The notes under the pieces were generated by a model. The model was not told the DNA's origin, did not search any database, and saw only the letters and a program-made list of their open reading frames with translations. From Acidobacteriota bacterium (GTDB taxonomy: Bacteria; Acidobacteriota; UBA6911; RPQK01; JADFOI01), in assembly GCA_963663035.1 (NCBI GenBank), contig OY760074.1:1344001-1408000 (forward strand): a DNA stretch of 64,000 bases, in the 5' to 3' direction. Both the position numbers and the translations under genes were made by a program. Below, piece after piece: positions 58,208-64,000 of this stretch; the first letter of the stretch is position 1, and every line of letters starts with the position of its first letter.

Positions 58208-58639
58208 ATGACTTCACCGTTGCGAAGCGTGAATGTTGATCATGTGTCTCGGCTGATGGAAGCCGTCCGTATCGGGGGAGAATTGGACATGGAGAAATTC
58301 CTTCGGGTGGCATCCGATATCGGAGAATATGCGCCTGAAACGGATCTGCGCTACCAACCCAATGGTCTTCCGGGAGCGTCTGACGATACCGAGAGATTCG
58401 AGTGGGTTTCCCGGTGGCTAGGTTTGAAGGATCCAGAAGCCGAAGTCCTGTTCGGTCTCGGCAAACCACGGTACACGCCTTCCGGTATCACGCGTGAGCA
58501 TCTGTTGGCCGTGTTGGAGGCGATCCGCGAAGGTGAGCCGGTGGATCGGGATATCTGGGCCAGGCACGATCCGGATCGGGACCGGAAACTTTCCGGCCTG
58601 CCTCCAAAAACCACGAGCCCACAGGAGGTAGGACCATGA
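58208..58639 (+). CDS. Hypothetical protein
   Basis: ORF is coupled (ATGA) to the next gene; no family recognised. Confidence 0.5.
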   Translation: MTSPLRSVNVDHVSRLMEAVRIGGELDMEKFLRVASDIGEYAPETDLRYQPNGLPGASDDTERFEWVSRWLGLKDPEAEVLFGLGKPRYTPSGITREHLLAVLEAIREGEPVDRDIWARHDPDRDRKLSGLPPKTTSPQEVGP

Positions 58640-58878
58640 ACATGAATATGTACGTCTACCGGGTGACTGAAAAGCCGGATTCTGAAAGCGTCGGCGAGCC
58701 GGGAGAGCCATTCGAGGCGTTCAACTTGAGCGAGGCGAAGCGCATCTCAACGCGACGGCAGAAGGTCAAGGGGAGCGTGCTCGTCCTGGAGGATCTGACC
58801 GGCAGGCCACGCGTTGTCTCAACCAAAGGTGCAAGCGGAAAATGGACGGATGAGGAAGAAGAGGAGACGTCCTACTAA
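58636..58878 (+). CDS. Small hypothetical protein, phage-like
   Basis: Strong RBS AGGAGGT; NLSEAKRISTRRQ..GSVLVL pattern reminiscent of small phage proteins. Confidence 0.6.
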   Translation: MNMNMYVYRVTEKPDSESVGEPGEPFEAFNLSEAKRISTRRQKVKGSVLVLEDLTGRPRVVSTKGASGKWTDEEEEETSY

Positions 58879-59469
58879 AGGGGTGTGCAGGCCACAAGGC
58901 ACCTGTTGCGACCTGCATCTCCGAGGCTCTGGACGCCACTTGGTGAGAGTCATCTGGTCGATGCTCACCCAAGAGCGAGATTATTGAGATGCGAGCCTAA
59001 AAAATGCTTGAAAATTCTCGCGGGATGTTCAAGTTAACTGGTTGCCGAGGGATCAATCCACCATATAGAGTATCCAGGCGTGGTTTTACTACCGATATTT
59101 CGTAGTTGTCTCAGCTTATGATGCGTTAACTTGGCAATGCCCCGGCGAACCGCCACTTTTTGGGTGGGAAGGTTCTCAACCAGTAGCCCAGGTTGGCCAC
59201 CTGGCATGCCGCCTTCACTTCATTCAATCCGCACCCTCACACCAGCACTCCGTGGAGGTCCAGAATGGAAAACTCGAATTCCTTTCCCTTATCCCAGAGT
59301 CCCGTCTGTCTCACCACCCACTCAGTCGCTTCAGCTGGTTCATAGGTACTCCCGCACCAGGGCATCCAGGGATGGAGACAATCGATCGATTCCCGAATGG
59401 CCTCTACCAATTCCGGGGGTGTCCTCCTCCCGGTATCGCTGTAGATTGATCAGGTCGGTGTGCAGTTCT

Positions 59470-60867
59470 TCAATCATTCAAGCGGGTTCCGCAACCATCA
59501 AAATCACTGTTCTCCCGTCCCTGCCGTCTTCGGGTCATCGAGAAGACGGCACCGCCGGCAACGACGGTCATCAGGGCCAAGGTCGACTCCAGAGGCCGTC
59601 CCTGAAAGGCCCAGTACATCATCCAGACAGAAACAGACAGAAAAAGTACGGGGGTGAAAGGATACCCCCAGGCACGAAAGGGCCGCTCCAGGTGGGGGTC
59701 TCTGAGACGCAGAACAATAACACAAGAGACGGCCAAACTGGAGAACAAGACCAGCGTGAACCCGGTATACTGTTGAATCTGATCCACCCGGCCCGCCAGG
59801 ATGATCGCCGAGGTGATGATTCCCTGCAGGCAAAGGGCCGTAACCGGCGCGCCGTTGCTTCTGGTTCGAGCCAAAAATGAAAACTGGTGGAAATCAATAC
59901 CCAGAGCATAGTAAACCCTGGGCCCGGCCACCGTCATGGCCGAGACCGCGGCCAGAAGGGAGACAGAGAGAACGACGTTGACCAGTGTGACCCCCGCCGC
60001 TCCGAATAGCGCTCGAGAGGCCACCAGTCCGACCTCCACCTTGCCAGCCAACTCATCCACGTTGGCACCGTACAGATAGACGGCATTCAAACCCAGATAG
60101 AGGACCAGCACAATACCCGTCCCCATCAGAAGCGCCCGCGGAAGATTCCGTTGAGGATCTTTCATTTCTCCAGCCACATAGGCGGCTGCATTCCAGCCCG
60201 AATAACAGAACATGACGAAGATGAAGGATGTTCCGAGGGCAGTCAGGGTCTCCGTTCTACTCAGCTCATAGAACGAGTCGGAGACTCGGGTCAGATTGGA
60301 AAGGTTCCCATTCCCGACCGCTGCGGCTCCCAGCAGGATGATCAGAATGCCAGCAACCTTGAAAAGGGTTACGGCATCATTAAACCCGAGTCCAGATCGG
60401 ACTCCACCTATATGAACAGAGATCAGAAACCAGACAATCGCTATGGCGATCAGGTCGTTCAAAGAGAGACCAAGGCCCAACACCAACTCCTCGCCCAGGA
60501 CCGGGAAGAAATAGGCCAGGTAGCGGACCAGAGCCTTGGCGGCCGAAGCGATCGGCGCCGAAAACCCCGCAATTAATGACACAAAGGCGCTCATGAACCC
60601 CAGGGCCGGTCCGTAGGTTCTGCGCAAATAGACGTATTCACCTCCGGCCTGCGGCATCAGGGCACCCAGCTCCGCATAACAGAGCGCTCCGAAGAGAGCC
60701 AGTACTCCTCCGCAGATCCACAACACGAATATGTAGACGGGATGTCCCAGATCGGCAGCCTGGAAGCCGGTGGTGGTGAAGATTCCGGCGCCGATCATGT
60801 TGGCCACCACTAGCGCCGTGGCCGACCGGAGTCGAATCTGCCTGAAGAGGCTGTGAGTGTCTGACAT
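59470..60867 (-). CDS. APC-family amino acid permease
   Basis: ANMIGAGIF, YAELG..P.AGGEYVYL, YSGWN, GPRVY and RPFRAWGYP motifs. Confidence 0.93.
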   Translation of the reverse strand: MSDTHSLFRQIRLRSATALVVANMIGAGIFTTTGFQAADLGHPVYIFVLWICGGVLALFGALCYAELGALMPQAGGEYVYLRRTYGPALGFMSAFVSLIAGFSAPIASAAKALVRYLAYFFPVLGEELVLGLGLSLNDLIAIAIVWFLISVHIGGVRSGLGFNDAVTLFKVAGILIILLGAAAVGNGNLSNLTRVSDSFYELSRTETLTALGTSFIFVMFCYSGWNAAAYVAGEMKDPQRNLPRALLMGTGIVLVLYLGLNAVYLYGANVDELAGKVEVGLVASRALFGAAGVTLVNVVLSVSLLAAVSAMTVAGPRVYYALGIDFHQFSFLARTRSNGAPVTALCLQGIITSAIILAGRVDQIQQYTGFTLVLFSSLAVSCVIVLRLRDPHLERPFRAWGYPFTPVLFLSVSVWMMYWAFQGRPLESTLALMTVVAGGAVFSMTRRRQGRENSDFDGCGTRLND

Positions 60868-60955
60868 GGACAGACCGTTCCCTTTGCTGCTCACGGGCCA
60901 AGCTCAAACGGGCTGAATGACTGCCTTCGGTCTGTTCCGCCTGGGGCTGCCCTGC

Positions 60956-61618
60956 CTAGCGTCGTCCGAAGACTAGGAAGAATTTGTCCTCGAAAAGATC
61001 GACCTCTTCGATCAGGGTGAGACCAGCGTCCTTCATCCAAGCCTCCACCTCGTCCTGCGAGATATGCATCTCCGGCTGGTCCTTGTGACCGGCATCGGGA
61101 TGATCCCTGATCATATCGATCACTACTATTCGGCCCTCCGGATTCAGGTAGGAGGCCGTTGCCTTCAGGTAATCCTGCCGGTTCTCGATGTGATGAAGGA
61201 CATCATGAAAAAAGGCGACGTCGAGATCTCTTGTCGGAAGCTTCGGATCTTCATACTCTCCCAGGACTGTACTAATGTTTCCAAGATTTTCCTTGGCCGC
61301 CCGCTCGGCGATGATATCGAGAAGGTCCTGATCCACTTCGACGGCAAAGAGAGTACCCGAGGATCCGATAGCCTTGGCGAATGGTCTCGAGAACACGCCC
61401 GTTCCCGCCCCGATATCCGCAACTGTGTCACCCGGCTTTAGACTTAACCCGGCCACCACCTCCTCGATCTTCAGGCCCTGGACCCGCTCTTCTCTTTCGA
61501 GCCTATCGGCCCACTCCTCGGCCGTGCGGCTTCCCAGTTGAAACGCCCACACCGCTGTCACGGAAGTCAGTACTATCCCAACCACCACCAGATTTCTCTT
61601 TAGCTTTGACATCGTCAT
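60956..61618 (-). CDS. Exported class I SAM-dependent methyltransferase
   Basis: Signal-like N-terminus; VADIGAGTG, DVLHHI and LNPEGRIVVID motifs. Confidence 0.9.
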   Translation of the reverse strand: MTMSKLKRNLVVVGIVLTSVTAVWAFQLGSRTAEEWADRLEREERVQGLKIEEVVAGLSLKPGDTVADIGAGTGVFSRPFAKAIGSSGTLFAVEVDQDLLDIIAERAAKENLGNISTVLGEYEDPKLPTRDLDVAFFHDVLHHIENRQDYLKATASYLNPEGRIVVIDMIRDHPDAGHKDQPEMHISQDEVEAWMKDAGLTLIEEVDLFEDKFFLVFGRR

Positions 61619-61845
61619 CCTCCCTGCTCAGCCAAGAACCAAACACTCACTACTCTCGATTCTGTTAATCCTATTGTGGCAGAGCCTCGTCCCTTTTTAA
61701 AGTCCAGATCTGATTCAAAGACGGATTGCTATCACTGGCGGAAGGATGATCGGCTGACCTGCTCTTGACCGGCTCCAATACCCCAAACTCCGGGTCGATT
61801 TGCCGGCCGCCATGGAACCTGCTACAGGAATATCTAGTCTGCCTG

Positions 61846-62949
61846 GACCTTGTTGCATGGATCATCCCGAAGGATGTCTAATCATGGTTTTTTTCAACAC
61901 TGGGGATAACTTAGATGCCACATAAGTTCAACGCATCCCGACGGCACAAGTTCGATAAGGCGCAGTATCGGGTGATCGACTGGGCGGAATATAACGAGAG
62001 CCTGCGCCAGCGGGGTGATCTGACGATCTGGGTCAGTGAGGAGGCGCAAAGTGTGTGGAGCGCGCCGCGCCGCACGTCACGGGGTGGCCAGTGGAGATAC
62101 TCGGATTTGGCGATCGAGACATGCCTGACGCTGCGCACGACGTATCGGCTTGCGTTGCGGCAAACGCAGGGACTTATGGGCTCCATCGGCACGCTCATGG
62201 GGCTGGATATACGGGTGCCGGATTACTCCACACTGTCGCGTCGCGCAAACGGCTTGAGCATCGCTCAGGCGATGAGGCAAGCCGGGTCTGTGGCTGTCCA
62301 TCTGGTGGTGGACAGTACCGGCCTCAAGATCTTCGGCGAGGGGGAATGGCTCGCCCAGAAGCATAAAATCAAGGGAATACGCAGCCGCTGGCGCAAACTC
62401 CACCTCGGACTGGACCTGGCCAGCGGTGCGATTGTTTGCGCCGATCTGACTCACGATGAGGTTGGAGACAGCACCGCCTTACCCGGGCTCCTGGATCAAC
62501 TCGATGCTCCTGTCACGGGCTTTCTGGCTGACGGCGCCTATGATGGAGCGTCTATACGGGATATGCTGAGGCCGCGGTATGGGGAGACCCTGGATGTGGT
62601 TATACCGCCGCCGAAGAACGCAGTGATCCGACCGCAATCGGCGCGGGATCCAACCGTTCGGGATCGCCATATTGCCCAGATCCGCAGCAACGGCCGCATG
62701 GCCTGGCAAGTGGCCACAGGGTACAACCAACGCAGCCGGATAGAAACGCAGATCGGTCGTTGGAAGAGCGCGATCGGCCCCAAGCTCAAATCTCGCAGCT
62801 TCTCCAGGCAAATCACGGAGATCCAGGTCGGCCAGAAAGTTCTGAACACAATGACCGCACTCGGGCGGCCTGTGTTCCAACGCATCGCCTGACGCTACCG
62901 CTTGGGAAAGGGCGAATTCCATCTCCGCCCCGATCCATGCAACAACGCT
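61846..62949 (+). mobile_element. IS5-family (IS903 group) insertion sequence
   Basis: TIR core TTGTTGCATGGATC at both ends; no TSD seen. Confidence 0.85.
61915..62892 (+). CDS. IS5 family transposase (IS903 group)
   Basis: WAEYNESLRQRG, PDYSTLSRR, VDSTGLK, WRKLH, ADGAYD and GYNQRSRIET motifs. Confidence 0.95.
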   Translation: MPHKFNASRRHKFDKAQYRVIDWAEYNESLRQRGDLTIWVSEEAQSVWSAPRRTSRGGQWRYSDLAIETCLTLRTTYRLALRQTQGLMGSIGTLMGLDIRVPDYSTLSRRANGLSIAQAMRQAGSVAVHLVVDSTGLKIFGEGEWLAQKHKIKGIRSRWRKLHLGLDLASGAIVCADLTHDEVGDSTALPGLLDQLDAPVTGFLADGAYDGASIRDMLRPRYGETLDVVIPPPKNAVIRPQSARDPTVRDRHIAQIRSNGRMAWQVATGYNQRSRIETQIGRWKSAIGPKLKSRSFSRQITEIQVGQKVLNTMTALGRPVFQRIA

Positions 62950-63090
62950 GTAAAACTGAAAGCCCGGATAAGCGATCGTTGGCCGCCTAACACGTCAGGC
63001 ATGTAGTCCTTGGAGAGCCCGCTACCGAGAGTTTATTTGGAAGAAAATGGCCGGGGATTCAGCGAGCTGCTGTTCCAGGTTAGGTGATGG

Positions 63091-63116
63091 TACTTAAAGT
63101 CCGTGGACTTTAAGTC
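63091..63116 (+). promoter_or_regulatory. Dual C-box operator
   Basis: TACT-TAA-AGTC-CGTG-GACT-TTA-AGTC: two GACT-N3-AGTC boxes with a central GT; perfect palindrome at 63092-63115. Confidence 0.8.
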
Positions 63117-63140
63117 ATCAATGGTGATGATATTGGCTCG

Positions 63141-63359
63141 ATGGACAAACAGGCGGAACAGAGTGTCAAAGAGTTGTTTGGCGCCAGACTGCGGCACGTT
63201 CGCCAGGAAAACGGCTTGTCGCAGGAAGCGCTGGCCTTGACTTGTGGCCTGGACAGAACGTACATCGGCGGAGTCGAGCGGGGTGAAAGAAACATCAGTC
63301 TCGTCAACATTCACAAAATCGCGAGGGCTCTGGGCGTATCGGCAAAAGAGTTCTTCTAA
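63141..63359 (+). CDS. Restriction-modification controller (C)-like XRE protein
   Basis: SQEALA..GLDRTYIGGVERGERNISL.NI.KIARAL pattern; preceded by the C-box. Confidence 0.88.
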   Translation: MDKQAEQSVKELFGARLRHVRQENGLSQEALALTCGLDRTYIGGVERGERNISLVNIHKIARALGVSAKEFF

Positions 63360-64000
63360 ATGGCTGACGTTCCCATGGAAGATTGGATCTCCGCCGCGAT
63401 TTCGGAAGAACAGAAGCGCCCTTTCGCTGGCACGAGGGATCGGTCGTCAATCTTGGCTGGCGCGGGTTCAGGAAAGACGAGAACGCTGACTCACCTGCTT
63501 GCCCACGATCTGTGCTCAGGAATTCCTGCATCGGGCATCGTGGCCTTCACATTCACGGAGAAAGCAGCTGAGGAGTTTCTTGCACGGATTCATGTCCTGC
63601 GGAACCAGAAGATGCCGACAGTTGACTTATCGGGTATCTTCATCGGAACGATACATTCGTGGTGCCTTCAGTACATCTACTCGCAGCCGGATTTCTATAA
63701 CATCATGCCTATTGACGAGTTGCATTGTGATGCGCTTGTAGGGCGCCTATACGACGTCTTCAAGCTGGAAGAGATCTACAAGAAACCGTTTCCCAAGGCC
63801 ATTGAGCCGTTTCTGGCGGATATCGAAGTCTTCTACAACGAGCATCTGCCGTTGGGAAAAATCCCTCCGGCTGTTGGGCCAGCACTGACCTCGTTCATAG
63901 GGGTTCTTTCGGCGAATCGGCTTTTGACGTTCGGAGGGATGATCCGATCTGCAACCGAACACCTGGAAGTGAACGGGCCACTCGCAGAGCTGCAATCGCT
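63360..64000 (+). CDS. UvrD/Rep-like SF1 helicase, 5' part (runs out of window; not in ORF track)
   Basis: Manual translation from ATG 63360 gives AGAGSGKT (Walker A), FTFTEKAA (Ia), GTIHSWC (Ib) and LLTFGGM, open to the window end. Confidence 0.9.
   Translation, partial: MADVPMEDWISAAISEEQKRPFAGTRDRSSILAGAGSGKTRTLTHLLAHDLCSGIPASGIVAFTFTEKAAEEFLARIHVLRNQKMPTVDLSGIFIGTIHSWCLQYIYSQPDFYNIMPIDELHCDALVGRLYDVFKLEEIYKKPFPKAIEPFLADIEVFYNEHLPLGKIPPAVGPALTSFIGVLSANRLLTFGGMIRSATEHLEVNGPLAELQS

Noticed and set aside
59131-59880. 249-aa plus-strand ORF
   Set aside because: No RBS or motifs, Pro/Ser/Arg-rich, and overlaps the permease in antisense.

Overview
The window looks like a bacterial chromosome segment, probably Acidobacteriota. 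That assignment is an inference from the Ser/Thr kinase-TolB_N-TPR, DUF5916, SYLF and secreted amidohydrolase/cytochrome c repertoire. 1-11 kb is housekeeping: a divergent FBP aldolase/phosphatase with ppdK, pyrD-pyrE and an APC-USP permease. 11-41 kb is a periplasmic/catabolic block: porins, a three-subunit GMC dehydrogenase, four secreted amidohydrolase-3 paralogs, cytochrome c fusion proteins, a kinase and ppsR. 41.5-64 kb is accessory: small mosaic genes, a MerR-controlled metal operon, two tRNA-Asn 3'-half att sites, IS1380/IS6/IS5 elements and an IS3 remnant, dinB, and a controller protein with a C-box in front of a UvrD-like helicase. An IS256 copy interrupts an outer-membrane gene at 18.6-20 kb. 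The strongest signals the ORF track splits or misses are two in-frame UGA (selenocysteine) genes: a deiodinase-like UxxC protein with a canonical-looking SECIS hairpin, and a MerP/HMA protein (GMT-U-SG-C) inside a MerA-less metal operon. A family of non-autonomous elements sharing IS1380 ends is also visible. All family assignments come from motif recognition by eye, not from database searches.
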